Below the pieces are notes generated by a model. It saw nothing but the letters and a program-made list of their open reading frames with translations. It did no database searches and was not told where the DNA came from. 64,000 bases of DNA from an uncultured Thermoleophilia bacterium (GTDB lineage: Bacteria; Actinomycetota; Thermoleophilia; UBA2241): positions 256,001-320,000 of the forward strand of contig CAVPCT010000009.1 of NCBI GenBank assembly GCA_963702475.1. The letters are read 5' to 3'. The position numbers and the translations under genes are program-made. Below, one piece after another: positions 12,665 to 24,031 of this stretch (the stretch's first letter is position 1; every line of letters begins with the position of its first letter).

Positions 12665-13738
12665 TCAGTGAGGCACGACGGGGGGTGGAGGCCCGCTGCG
12701 GCCGCCCGCGGGCGGCACGACCGGCAGCACCGCGGGCACCGGCGGGGATGTGTGAGCGGCCGCCGCGGCGTCGTCCGCGATGCCCTGCCGGCTGCGAGTG
12801 AGGGCGTCCGGATCGGCGTGCGCCATCTCCAGCAGGATGGCGATGCGCTTCTGGATCGGCGGGTGGGTGTCGAACAGGCCCGCCGACTCCTTGAGCTTCT
12901 TGCCCTTCAGCGGGTTGGCGATGAACAGGTGCGCCGTGGCCCGGTTCGCGCTGCGCAACGGCTGTGGGTCTGTGGCGATCTCGTTGAGGGCCCGCGCCAG
13001 GCCCAGGGGGTTGCGCGTGAGTTGCACGGCCGTGGCGTCGGCGAGGTACTCACGGCGCCGCGAGATGGCGAACTGCACCATGTAGGCGGCCAGGGGCGCG
13101 AGGATGGCCAGCACGATGGCGACGATCATGAAGATCATCTGGCCCTGGTCGCCGCCGCCGCTGTCGCTGCCGCGGCGGCGTCCCATGCCGCCCCAGAAAG
13201 TCCAGCGCAGGAAGAAGTCGGCGACGAGCGCGACCATGCCCACCAGCACGCCGACGAGCATGGCGAAGCGGATGTCGTAGTTGCGCACGTGCGAGAGCTC
13301 GTGGGCGAGGACACCCTGCAGCTGCTCGCGGTCGAGCCGCCTCAGGAGGCCGCGCGTCACCGCGACCGCCGCATGCTTGGGGTCACGGCCGGTAGCGAAC
13401 GCGTTGAGCGCCTGGTCCTCGATCACGTACACCGCCGGGGGCGCTGCGAGGCCGGCGGCGATGCTGACCTCCTCCACCACGTTACAGAGCTGCGGCTCGT
13501 CGTCGTGGGTCACGTGGTGGGCGCCGCTCGCGGCCAGGACCATCTTGTCGCCGGCGTAGTAGCCGATGAGGCTCCAGGCGATGGCCGCCACGCCGAACAC
13601 GCCGAGCAGACCCAGGCCTCCGGTGCTGTCGCCGGCCACGGCGTAGCCGATCACAAAGCCGAGCGCGGCGAGTATGGCGACCACGAGCCCCATGAGGAGC
13701 CACGAGGCCCGCTGGTTGCGGGCGATCTGTTCGTACAT
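12665..13738 (-). CDS. htpX: M48 zinc metalloprotease (HtpX family)
   Basis: NAFATG, HELSH, SRRREYLADA, FDTHPP; follows lemA. Confidence 0.9.
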   Translation of the reverse strand: MYEQIARNQRASWLLMGLVVAILAALGFVIGYAVAGDSTGGLGLLGVFGVAAIAWSLIGYYAGDKMVLAASGAHHVTHDDEPQLCNVVEEVSIAAGLAAPPAVYVIEDQALNAFATGRDPKHAAVAVTRGLLRRLDREQLQGVLAHELSHVRNYDIRFAMLVGVLVGMVALVADFFLRWTFWGGMGRRRGSDSGGGDQGQMIFMIVAIVLAILAPLAAYMVQFAISRRREYLADATAVQLTRNPLGLARALNEIATDPQPLRSANRATAHLFIANPLKGKKLKESAGLFDTHPPIQKRIAILLEMAHADPDALTRSRQGIADDAAAAAHTSPPVPAVLPVVPPAGGRSGPPPPVVPH

Positions 13739-13758
13739 GGCGGTGAGCTACGCGGCGC

Positions 13759-14319
13759 TCAGCGCAGGTTGACCGTGGGCACCTCGCGGTCGCCGGCGGG
13801 CGCCTCGAAGAACTGGCGGGCGCTGAAGTTGAACATGCCCGCGATGATGTTGCTGGGGAACATCTGGATCTTGTTGTTGTAGGTGAGCACGCTGTCGTTG
13901 TAGAACTGGCGCGCGAACGAGATCTTGTTCTCGGTCGCGGTGAGCTCCTCTTGCAGACTCAGGACGTTCTGGTTGGCCTTGAGGTCGGGGTAGTTCTCAA
14001 CGACGGCGAACAGCGACTTGAGAGTACCCGTGAGCACGTTCTCGGCCTCGGCCTGCGCCTGGGGCCCGGCGTCGCCCGCCTGGATGGCCGCCGCCCGCGC
14101 GTTGGTGACGTTGGTCAGCGTCTCCTGCTCGTAGGACATGTAGTCCTTGACGGCCTCGACGAGGTTGGGGATGAGGTCGTGCCGGCGCTTGAGCTGCACG
14201 TCGATCTGGCTCCACGCGTTGTCGACCTGGTTGCGCCGTTTGACGAGGCTGTTGTACATGCCCGCCACGATGATGCCGAGCACGACAAGCACCACGATGA
14301 TGATGATGACGGCGACCAC
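13759..14319 (-). CDS. lemA: LemA family protein
   Basis: [30 protein letters not shown]. Confidence 0.95.
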   Translation of the reverse strand: MVAVIIIIVVLVVLGIIVAGMYNSLVKRRNQVDNAWSQIDVQLKRRHDLIPNLVEAVKDYMSYEQETLTNVTNARAAAIQAGDAGPQAQAEAENVLTGTLKSLFAVVENYPDLKANQNVLSLQEELTATENKISFARQFYNDSVLTYNNKIQMFPSNIIAGMFNFSARQFFEAPAGDREVPTVNLR

Positions 14320-14496
14320 TGGGCTCCTTTCGTCGAGTGCAGCGCTGAGTCAGTAGAGTATGCCACCGCGGGGCCCGGCCCATGCGCGGGGAGGAGAACA
14401 CGCCGTGCCGTCCCGCGCGAGGGACGATGAACGCGGCTGCGGCTGCCGGTGCGCCCGGCGTTTGTCGGCCCTCCGGGGGTCCAGTATCCTTGAACG

Positions 14497-15291
14497 ATGA
14501 ACGGTCGCGTGACCACCATCCTCCTGACCGTCGCGGCGGTCGCAGCCGTGGTGGCTATGGGGCTCGCCGGCTACGGCGTCGTGCGCGCCCGGGCGCAAGG
14601 TCTCCAGCCCCGACAGGTGCTCGCGCCAGTCGAGCTGCCCTCCGTGCCGCCCTCGGCGAGCGCGGCGCCCGAGCCTCAGTACGAGCGCTGGACGGTGGGC
14701 GTCGCAAGGCGTCAGGTCACGGTACACAAGCGCCCGGACAAGGACTCCAGGGTCGTGGAGAGGTTCGCCGTCCGTTCCGTGGCCGACTACCCCACCCTCT
14801 TCCTGGTCGACACGGTCCGCACTGTGGACGGCTCGCCTTGGTACAAGGTCTGGCTGCCGGCGCCGCCCAACGGCTCTCAAGGCTGGGTCGCCGACGGGGA
14901 GCTGGCCTTCTACCGGACGAGCTCCAGGATCGAGATCGACCTCTCGGAGCGGCGTCTCACCGTGGTCCGAAGGGGAGCCGAAGAGGGCAGTTGGCCGGTC
15001 GCCGTCGGCCGGCCCGGCCTTGAGACACCCACGGGCACGTTCTTCGTGACGCTCAAGCTCAGGCCGCCCGACCCAGGGGGAGTCTATGGCGCCGTCGCCC
15101 TCGGCACCAGCGCCTACCAGGCCGAGCTCAGCGACTGGGAGGGGGGCGGCATCGTCGCCATCCACGGCACCAACGAGCCGTGGCTCATCGGCGAGGCCGT
15201 CAGCCACGGCTGCGTGCGCATGAAGAACACGGCCATACTCAAGGTGAACAAGCTGGTGCCCGCCGGGAGCCCTATCTTCATCCGGGAGTAG
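14497..15291 (+). CDS. L,D-transpeptidase (YkuD family)
   Basis: N-terminal TM/signal segment; AIHGT...SHGCVRM; ends TAG. Confidence 0.88.
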   Translation: MNGRVTTILLTVAAVAAVVAMGLAGYGVVRARAQGLQPRQVLAPVELPSVPPSASAAPEPQYERWTVGVARRQVTVHKRPDKDSRVVERFAVRSVADYPTLFLVDTVRTVDGSPWYKVWLPAPPNGSQGWVADGELAFYRTSSRIEIDLSERRLTVVRRGAEEGSWPVAVGRPGLETPTGTFFVTLKLRPPDPGGVYGAVALGTSAYQAELSDWEGGGIVAIHGTNEPWLIGEAVSHGCVRMKNTAILKVNKLVPAGSPIFIRE

Positions 15292-15349
15292 CTCCGGTCG
15301 TCTCACGGTGCGGCCGGCGTGAGCCGACCCGCCGCACCGCCTCCGCGGC

Positions 15350-15634
15350 TCACCAGTAGTCGCCCTGGTGCAGCAGCATGTCGTGGGCCTTGCACTTCGG
15401 GCAGGTGTACGACGACGACTTGTCGAGAAAGAACAGCTCGCTGCCGCACATGACGCAGGGGAACTCGTCGACGTGGATGTCTGCCCCGGTCAGGTCGACC
15501 TCGACGATGATGCCGCACTCCACACAGTAGGCCGGCATGAACCGCCGCCTGGGGTCCAGGACGCCGACCCCCCAGCGGATGCGTTCGGCACGATAGCCGC
15601 ACTCCCGACACTCGAACGTGGTGTACTCGCCCAT
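15350..15634 (-). CDS. Small protein with four CxxC motifs (double zinc-ribbon-like)
   Basis: CREC, CVEC, CVMC, CPKC in 94 aa; GAGGGGAG RBS. Confidence 0.75.
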   Translation of the reverse strand: MGEYTTFECRECGYRAERIRWGVGVLDPRRRFMPAYCVECGIIVEVDLTGADIHVDEFPCVMCGSELFFLDKSSSYTCPKCKAHDMLLHQGDYW

Positions 15635-15705
15635 CGCACTCCCCTCAGCTGCCTGGGGTGCGTATCGGCAGGGTCCGCCCGCCTGTTGAGCGCTTTCAGG
15701 GTTCC

Positions 15706-15735
15706 TTGAACGGCAGGGCGCCGACGGTATATACT
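15706..15735 (+). promoter_or_regulatory. Promoter of the rimP-nusA-infB operon
   Basis: TTGAAC-18-TATACT. Confidence 0.6.
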
Positions 15736-15775
15736 TCTTCGGCTGGAAACACACCACGAGGCGGACTCTTGCGCG

Positions 15776-15800
15776 AAAAGTCGGTGGGTAACCGACTTTT
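15776..15800 (+). terminator. rimP leader attenuator hairpin
   Basis: Perfect inverted repeat AAAAGTCGGT-GGGTA-ACCGACTTTT just upstream of rimP. Confidence 0.7.
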
Positions 15801-15819
15801 GTCTTGTCAGGGGTCGTGT

Positions 15820-16284
15820 ATGGGCGGAAGAAGAGAGGAACTGGAGACGATGGTCGAGGCCATGTTGGCCGAGCGCTTCCCGGAGGTCGAACTCATCGAC
15901 CTCGAGGTGCGCGGCGGCGCCGCGGCCACGCTGACGCTGTTCATCGACAGCCCCGGCGGCGCCGACCTGGATCTGTGCGCAGCCGTCAGCGAGTCGCTGG
16001 AGGACATCCGCGAGCGGTACGCGCTCGAGGTGTCGTCTCCGGGCCTCGACCGCAGGCTGCGCAAGCCGGCGCATTTCGCCGCCGCGCTCGGTCGCGACGT
16101 GGCGATCATGCTCACGGCGCCGCAGGACGGCCGCCGCAACTTCCGCGGCGAGCTCACGGCGGCCGGCGAGAGCAGCGTCACGCTCGTGCTTGCAGAAGGC
16201 GGCGAGGTCACGCTGCCGATCGCCGCGGTCGCCCGCGCCCACGTGGTCCACAACTTTGACAGTGACGGAGGCCGTCGTGAGTAG
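15820..16284 (+). CDS. rimP: Ribosome maturation factor RimP
   Basis: LFIDSPGG..LDLCAAVS, YALEVSSPGLDRRL; ends TAG. Confidence 0.93.
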   Translation: MGGRREELETMVEAMLAERFPEVELIDLEVRGGAAATLTLFIDSPGGADLDLCAAVSESLEDIRERYALEVSSPGLDRRLRKPAHFAAALGRDVAIMLTAPQDGRRNFRGELTAAGESSVTLVLAEGGEVTLPIAAVARAHVVHNFDSDGGRRE

Positions 16285-17557
16285 AGAGATCATCGAGGCG
16301 CTGCGCCAGATCGAGAAGGAGAAGGGCATCGCCTTCGCGGCCCTCGTGGAGGCTCTCGAGGACGCCCTGCTCTCGGCGTACAAGAAGACCCCGAACGCCG
16401 TGGAGCACGCCAAGGTCGAGGTCGACACCGAGACCGGCGACATGCGCGTGTACGAACTCATCTTCCCCGAGCACATCGACGTCGAGGCGCTCAAGGTCCA
16501 CGACGACGAGACCGGCGAAGAGATCGGGCTCGACCTCTCGAGCGTCGACATGAGTGAGGTCGAGCGCGTGGAGGTCACCCCCGACGACTTCGGCCGCATC
16601 GCCGCGCAAACGGCCAAGCAGGTCATCCTGCAACGCATCCGCGAGGCCGAGCGCGACCTCATGTACGAGGAGTACATCGACCGCATCGGGGAGCTCGTCA
16701 CCGGCATCGTGCAGCAGAGCGACCCTCGGCACAACACGCTCGTCGAGCTCGGCCGCGTGGAAGCCGAGCTGCCTCGCGGCGAGCAGATCGAGACCGAGCA
16801 CTACGACCACGGCGCCCGCATCAAGGCGGTCATCATGCGCGTCGAAGACTCGGCCAAGGGCCCGCAGGTCAAGCTGTCGCGCCGCAGCGAAGAGCTCGTG
16901 CGCAAGCTGTTCGAGCTGGAGGTGCCCGAGATCGCCGACGGCCTGGTCGAGATCAGGCAGGTCGCCCGCGAGACCGGCTATCGCGGCAAGGACGGCAAGC
17001 CGGTCCCCGGCCGCTGCAAGATCGCAGTGATATCGCACGCCGACGGCGTCGACCCGGTGGGGGCGTGCGTGGGCCCACGCGGCTCGCGCGTCCGCATGGT
17101 CGTCAGCGAGCTGCGCGGCGAGCGCATCGACATCATCCCGTACAACGACGACGCGGCGCGCTTCGTGGCCAAGGCGCTCTCGCCGGCCCGCGTGCGCGAG
17201 GTCATCGTCGACGACGAGGAGAAGACGGCTACCATCATCGTGCCCGACGACCAGCTGTCTCTGGCCATCGGCAAGGAGGGTCAGAACGCGCGCCTGGCGA
17301 GCAAGCTCACCGGCTGGCGCATCGACATCAAGAGTCAGCAGCAGATGGCTGAGGCCGAGAGCGCCCTGGAGTTCGGCGACGACGAAGGCGTGGACGGCCA
17401 GTGTCAGGCCGTCATGCGCAACGGCAAACGCTGCCCGAACCAGGCCGAGCCGGGCTCGCGCTACTGCAGTCTCCACAAGGACTACGTCGAGCCCGAGCGG
17501 CCGGCGCCGGCCGAGGCCACTGAGGCGGCGGCGGAGCCGGAGGCCGGCGAGGAGTGA
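16277..17557 (+). CDS. nusA: Transcription termination/antitermination factor NusA with a C-terminal Cys/His extension
   Basis: [40 protein letters not shown]. Confidence 0.96.
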   Translation: MSREIIEALRQIEKEKGIAFAALVEALEDALLSAYKKTPNAVEHAKVEVDTETGDMRVYELIFPEHIDVEALKVHDDETGEEIGLDLSSVDMSEVERVEVTPDDFGRIAAQTAKQVILQRIREAERDLMYEEYIDRIGELVTGIVQQSDPRHNTLVELGRVEAELPRGEQIETEHYDHGARIKAVIMRVEDSAKGPQVKLSRRSEELVRKLFELEVPEIADGLVEIRQVARETGYRGKDGKPVPGRCKIAVISHADGVDPVGACVGPRGSRVRMVVSELRGERIDIIPYNDDAARFVAKALSPARVREVIVDDEEKTATIIVPDDQLSLAIGKEGQNARLASKLTGWRIDIKSQQQMAEAESALEFGDDEGVDGQCQAVMRNGKRCPNQAEPGSRYCSLHKDYVEPERPAPAEATEAAAEPEAGEE

Positions 17558-17832
17558 CGCCGGTGGCGGTCCCTGAACGCACCTGCGTAGGCTGCCGCAC
17601 GCGGCGGCCGCAGGCCGCGCTCGTGCGCGTCGTCCTGCGGCACGGCGCCGTGGTGCCGGCCGGAAAGGGAGTGCCGGGGCGCGGGGCGTACCTGTGCCCC
17701 GACCACGAGTGTCTGGCGGCCGCGCAGAAGCGACGCGCGTTCACGCGCGCTTTTCGCGCCGCTGCCGTGATGGAGCATGAGGCCGAGCAGGCCATTGCAC
17801 AGACGATTGAGTCACGAAAGGCGGTGAGGTGA
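17554..17832 (+). CDS. ylxR: YlxR (DUF448) RNA-binding protein
   Basis: [16 protein letters not shown]; between nusA and infB. Confidence 0.88.
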   Translation: MTPVAVPERTCVGCRTRRPQAALVRVVLRHGAVVPAGKGVPGRGAYLCPDHECLAAAQKRRAFTRAFRAAAVMEHEAEQAIAQTIESRKAVR

Positions 17833-19903
<2,071 letters not shown>

Positions 19904-19914
<11 letters not shown>

Positions 19915-20227
19915 CGCCTGCCTCGGCGTCCTGCTGGCGGAGCTGCACTTCCCGCAGAGCAGGTCGCTGAAGGAGAAGCGCGCGCCCCTCGCGTCGCTCC
20001 GCGACGCGGTCCACGCGCGCTTCAAGGCGTCCTTCAGTGAGGTCGGCCTGCACGACGTGTGGCAGCGCTCGCGCGTGCTCGTCGTGCTGGCGGCATCCTC
20101 GCTGCAGCAGGCCTCCCAGCAGATAGACGAGGTCGACCGGCATCTTCACTCCCAGGAGTTCGAGGTGTCGCGCGTCCTCCTCAAGAGCACAGACACGGTG
20201 GACACCCTGTGGGACATCGACTTCTGA
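19904..20227 (+). CDS. DUF503 (YlxP) family protein
   Basis: ELHFPQSRSLKEKR, SEVGLHDVWQR; between infB and rbfA. Confidence 0.8.
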
Positions 20228-20664
20228 GGATCAACGAGAGCATCAAGGAGATCGTGTCGTCCGTCATCACGGCCGAGGGTCTCAAAGACCCGCGCGTCGG
20301 GTTCGTCACGGTCACGGGCGTGGAGACGTCGCGGGACCTCAGGTACGCCAAGGTGTACGTCAGCGTGCTCGGCAAGCAGGCGGAGCGCGACGCGTGCATG
20401 GATGCCCTCGAGCACTCGCGCGGGTACCTGCAGGCGCGACTCAACGCTGTGTCGCACATGAGGCGCACGCCGCAGCTCGAGTTCCTGTACGACAGCACGC
20501 TGGACGACGCGCTGCACCTTGACGAGGTGATGCGGCGCGAGGAAGCTGCGCTCGGCGCCGAGCCGCGCGAGATCCCGGTGCCGGGCGCCGCCCTGCGTGA
20601 CGAGTCCCCTGCCGACGACTGGGACGACGAGCCCGTGGACGTCGACGACGAGGAGCCCGCGTGA
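20209..20664 (+). CDS. rbfA: Ribosome-binding factor A
   Basis: LKDPRVGFVTVTGVETSRDLRYAKVYVS, RRTPQLEF. Confidence 0.93.
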   Translation: MGHRLLRINESIKEIVSSVITAEGLKDPRVGFVTVTGVETSRDLRYAKVYVSVLGKQAERDACMDALEHSRGYLQARLNAVSHMRRTPQLEFLYDSTLDDALHLDEVMRREEAALGAEPREIPVPGAALRDESPADDWDDEPVDVDDEEPA

Positions 20665-21638
20665 AGGCTCTCCCGGCCGACCTCGCCGCCGTGTGCCGGC
20701 GCATGCGTGCCGACTCGCGCGTGGCTCTCGGCGTGCACGAGAAGCCGGACGCCGACGCCCTGGGCGCGGCCGGTGGCATGCTCGACCTGTTCGCACAGCT
20801 GGGTCGCGAGGCCCGCCTGTACGTGGACGAGGGCGAGCTCCTGCCGTTGCAGCACCTGCTCCTGCCGGAGGGAGCCGTCGTCCGCGGCCTGCCGCCCGCG
20901 GGACTGCCTCTCTACGCATTGGACTGCGGGTCGTTCGCCCGGCTCGCCCTGGCTATCGATTCCTGGGAGGGCCCTCTCGTCGACATCGACCACCACCACG
21001 ACAACGCGGGGTTCGGCCACACCGTGCTCCTCCGCCCCGACGCCAGCAGCACGTGCGAGATCGTCTGCGAGATCGCGCGGGCTCTGGGCCTCACACCGTC
21101 GCTCGCTGCCGCCACCGCGCTGTACGCCGGCATCTCGTTCGACTCGGGCCACTTCCATCACGGCAGCACAAGCGCCGACACGTTCCGCTGCGCCGCGTGG
21201 CTGCGCGAGCTCGGTGTCGACGTGACGGCGGTCTATGGCGAGTTGTACGAACGGCGCACCCTGGGCGCCGTGCGCCTGTGCGCCCTCGCCGTCGGTGGAG
21301 CGCTGCAGGTGGACGGCGGCCGCGCCCTCGTCGCCACGCTGACGCGTGACGACTACCTGGCCGCGGGGGCCGGTGAAGACGAGACCGAGGGCATCGTCGA
21401 GACCCTGCGCGCCGTGGGCGGCGTGGAGGCGGCCGCCCTTGTCAGAGAACAGTCCTCCGGAGCGCGTGTGCGCGTCAGTCTCCGGTCGCGGGCGGTGGAC
21501 GTCAGCGCCATCGCCGCCGCCCGCGGCGGCGGCGGCCACCGGCTCGCCGCCGGCTTCTCCAGCGCCGACGCTCCTGAGGAGGTGAGCGCGTGGGTCAGTT
21601 CCGAACTCGCAAAGTCCCTCTCGACGGCGTCCTCCTGA
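20661..21638 (+). CDS. nrnA: DHH/DHHA1 phosphoesterase (NrnA-like nanoRNase/pAp phosphatase)
   Basis: HEKPDADALG, DIDHH, GGGGH. Confidence 0.85.
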   Translation: MKALPADLAAVCRRMRADSRVALGVHEKPDADALGAAGGMLDLFAQLGREARLYVDEGELLPLQHLLLPEGAVVRGLPPAGLPLYALDCGSFARLALAIDSWEGPLVDIDHHHDNAGFGHTVLLRPDASSTCEIVCEIARALGLTPSLAAATALYAGISFDSGHFHHGSTSADTFRCAAWLRELGVDVTAVYGELYERRTLGAVRLCALAVGGALQVDGGRALVATLTRDDYLAAGAGEDETEGIVETLRAVGGVEAAALVREQSSGARVRVSLRSRAVDVSAIAAARGGGGHRLAAGFSSADAPEEVSAWVSSELAKSLSTASS

Positions 21639-22501
21639 TCGACAAGCCGGCGGGCGCCACGTCCCACGACGTGGTGGCGCGTGTGCGCCGTCTGCTGCGC
21701 CCCGCCGTCAAGAAGGTCGGCCATGCCGGCACCCTGGACCCGTTCGCCACAGGCCTGCTCGTGGTCCTCGTGGGGCGCGCGACGAAGCTGGCGCGCTTCT
21801 TCGTCGATTTGCCCAAGGAGTACGAGTGCACTGTGCAGTTCGGCGTGCGCTCGGACAGCGGCGACCTCACAGGGCAGCTGGAGGCGACCGGCCGGACCAC
21901 CACACTGGACGCGGTCGAGGCCGTGCTGCCCGCGTTCCTCGGACTCATCATGCAGTCAGTGCCCATGACGTCGGCGGTCAAGGTCGACGGGGAGCGCCTC
22001 TACAAGAAGGCGCACCGCGGTGAGGTCGTGGAGACCCCGGTCAAGGAGGTCGAGATCGAGTCCATCGAGCTGTTGGGGTTCGACGAGACGTCCCAGCAGC
22101 TGCGCTGCCGCATCGCCTGCTCCAAGGGCACGTACGTGCGACAGCTGGCCATCGACATCGGTGAGGCTGTGGGCGCCGGGGCGCACCTGGTGCAGCTGGC
22201 GCGTACGGCCACCGGCGAGCTGCACCTGGACGACGCCCAGACACTCGCCGGGTTCGAGCAGGCGGTCGGCTCACGAGAGCCGGGCGACGAGCACATCCCC
22301 GGCCTTGTGCAGCCGTCGGCCGCGCTGCAGTTCATGCCGGCCATCGAGCTCTCGGCGGCCCAGGTGACCGCCGCTCGCAACGGCGCCCGCCTGCCGGGCG
22401 GCCCGCCGGAGCCCGTGCGCCTCACGTTCCGTGGCGAGCTGGTGGCGATCTACGGCCCTGCGGAAGAGGGGCACTCGCTCAAGCTGCTCGTCAAGCTCTG
22501 A
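21590..22501 (+). CDS. truB: tRNA pseudouridine(55) synthase
   Basis: KVGHAGTLDPFATG, CSKGTYVRQL. Confidence 0.95.
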   Translation: MGQFRTRKVPLDGVLLIDKPAGATSHDVVARVRRLLRPAVKKVGHAGTLDPFATGLLVVLVGRATKLARFFVDLPKEYECTVQFGVRSDSGDLTGQLEATGRTTTLDAVEAVLPAFLGLIMQSVPMTSAVKVDGERLYKKAHRGEVVETPVKEVEIESIELLGFDETSQQLRCRIACSKGTYVRQLAIDIGEAVGAGAHLVQLARTATGELHLDDAQTLAGFEQAVGSREPGDEHIPGLVQPSAALQFMPAIELSAAQVTAARNGARLPGGPPEPVRLTFRGELVAIYGPAEEGHSLKLLVKL

Positions 22502-23475
22502 TGCGCGTCCTCCGCGACCTCGCCGAGCTCGAGCCGCGGCCGCGCGCGCTGGCGATCGGCACCTTCGACGGCGTGCACGTCGGCCACCAGGCCGTGATCG
22601 GACGCGCCGTCGAGCTCGGCACGCAGCGCGACCTCCTCACCACCGTCGTCACGTTCGATAGGCACCCGCTGTCCGTCGTGGACCCGGCGCACGTGCCGCG
22701 GCTGCTCACGCCGCTCACCGAGAAGGTGCGCCTCATCGAGGCGCTCGGCCCCCGGGAGCTGGTCCTGCTCCCGTTCGACCTCCGGCTCGCAGCCCTCACC
22801 GCGCAGGAGTTCTGCGGGCAGATCCTCGCCGGCGCCCTGCAGGCGCGAGTGGTCGTCGTGGGCGAGAACTTCAACTTCGGCGCCGGCGGCGCGGGCGACG
22901 CAGCCGTGCTTCGCGCGTGCGGAGCCGCCCGGGGCTTCGAGACGGTGGCCTTGCCTCTCGTCACGGAGCACGGCAAGACGATCAGCTCGACGCGCATCCG
23001 CCGACTGCTGCACGAGGGCGAGCTCGAGGAGGTCCGCGAGATCCTGGGCCGGCCGCCGTCGGCCACCGGCCGTGTGGTGGCCGGTGACCAGCGCGGCCGA
23101 ACCCTCGGCGTACCTACCGCCAACATCGACGTCGAGGCTGGGACCATATTCCCCGGACGCGGCGTGTACGCCACGCGCGTGCACGTGCGCGAACGTTGGT
23201 ACCGCGGCGCCGTGAACATCGGTCACAACCCGACGTTCCGCAGTCGTGAGGAGGAGACCGCCCACGTCACAGTCGAGGCCTTCCTGCTCGACTTCAGCGG
23301 GGACATCTACCATTGCGACATCCGCGTGGACTTCCTTCACCGCATCCGCGAGGAGAGGCGCTTCGCCTCGGTGGACCAGCTCGTGGAGCAGATGCGCAGC
23401 GACATCGCCGTCACGGCCGACCTCGGCGACCCCGCGTTCGCCGAGGTGGGTCTGGCGACGGGCGGCGCGGCCTGA
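22501..23475 (+). CDS. ribF: Riboflavin kinase / FAD synthetase
   Basis: [29 protein letters not shown]. Confidence 0.95.
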   Translation: MRVLRDLAELEPRPRALAIGTFDGVHVGHQAVIGRAVELGTQRDLLTTVVTFDRHPLSVVDPAHVPRLLTPLTEKVRLIEALGPRELVLLPFDLRLAALTAQEFCGQILAGALQARVVVVGENFNFGAGGAGDAAVLRACGAARGFETVALPLVTEHGKTISSTRIRRLLHEGELEEVREILGRPPSATGRVVAGDQRGRTLGVPTANIDVEAGTIFPGRGVYATRVHVRERWYRGAVNIGHNPTFRSREEETAHVTVEAFLLDFSGDIYHCDIRVDFLHRIREERRFASVDQLVEQMRSDIAVTADLGDPAFAEVGLATGGAA

Positions 23476-23648
23476 GCGGTCGCCTGCGCGCCCGGCCTGC
23501 GCCTTCGAACGCCGGGCGCGGTGCCGAACGAGCCTACGGTTTCGCCGCGCCCTACCCTGTGCTACCCTACCTCGACCGTTTTCTCGGTTGCGGGCGGCCT
23601 ACCCGCTACTGGGTTCCCGGACACCCCTGTGAAGGAGGTGAACACCAC

Positions 23649-23918
23649 ATGGCAATCACCAAAGACGTCAAAGAGACGATCATCGCCAAGCACGCCAAGC
23701 ACGAAGGCGACACCGGCTCCCCCGAGGTACAGATCGCGATCCTGACCGCGCGTATCGAGACCCTCACCGAGCACCTCAAGACGCACAAGAAGGACCACCA
23801 CAGCAGGCGCGGCCTGCTCAAGATGGTCGGTCAGCGCCGGCGCCTGCTCAATTACCTGCAGGCCCGTGACCTGGAGCGCTACCGCGCCCTGGTCAAGGAG
23901 CTCGAGCTCCGCAAGTAG
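23649..23918 (+). CDS. rpsO: 30S ribosomal protein S15
   Basis: [26 protein letters not shown]; ends TAG. Confidence 0.97.
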   Translation: MAITKDVKETIIAKHAKHEGDTGSPEVQIAILTARIETLTEHLKTHKKDHHSRRGLLKMVGQRRRLLNYLQARDLERYRALVKELELRK

Positions 23919-24031
23919 GCAGCACCGATGCGGCGCCCGACGCGCCGTCACCGTCGTCCTCGCGCGCCCGCGCGCGGACGGACAAGTACCCGCGCGCAAT
24001 GGGGCGCCGGGTCCGAAGGTCGAAGGAAGAA

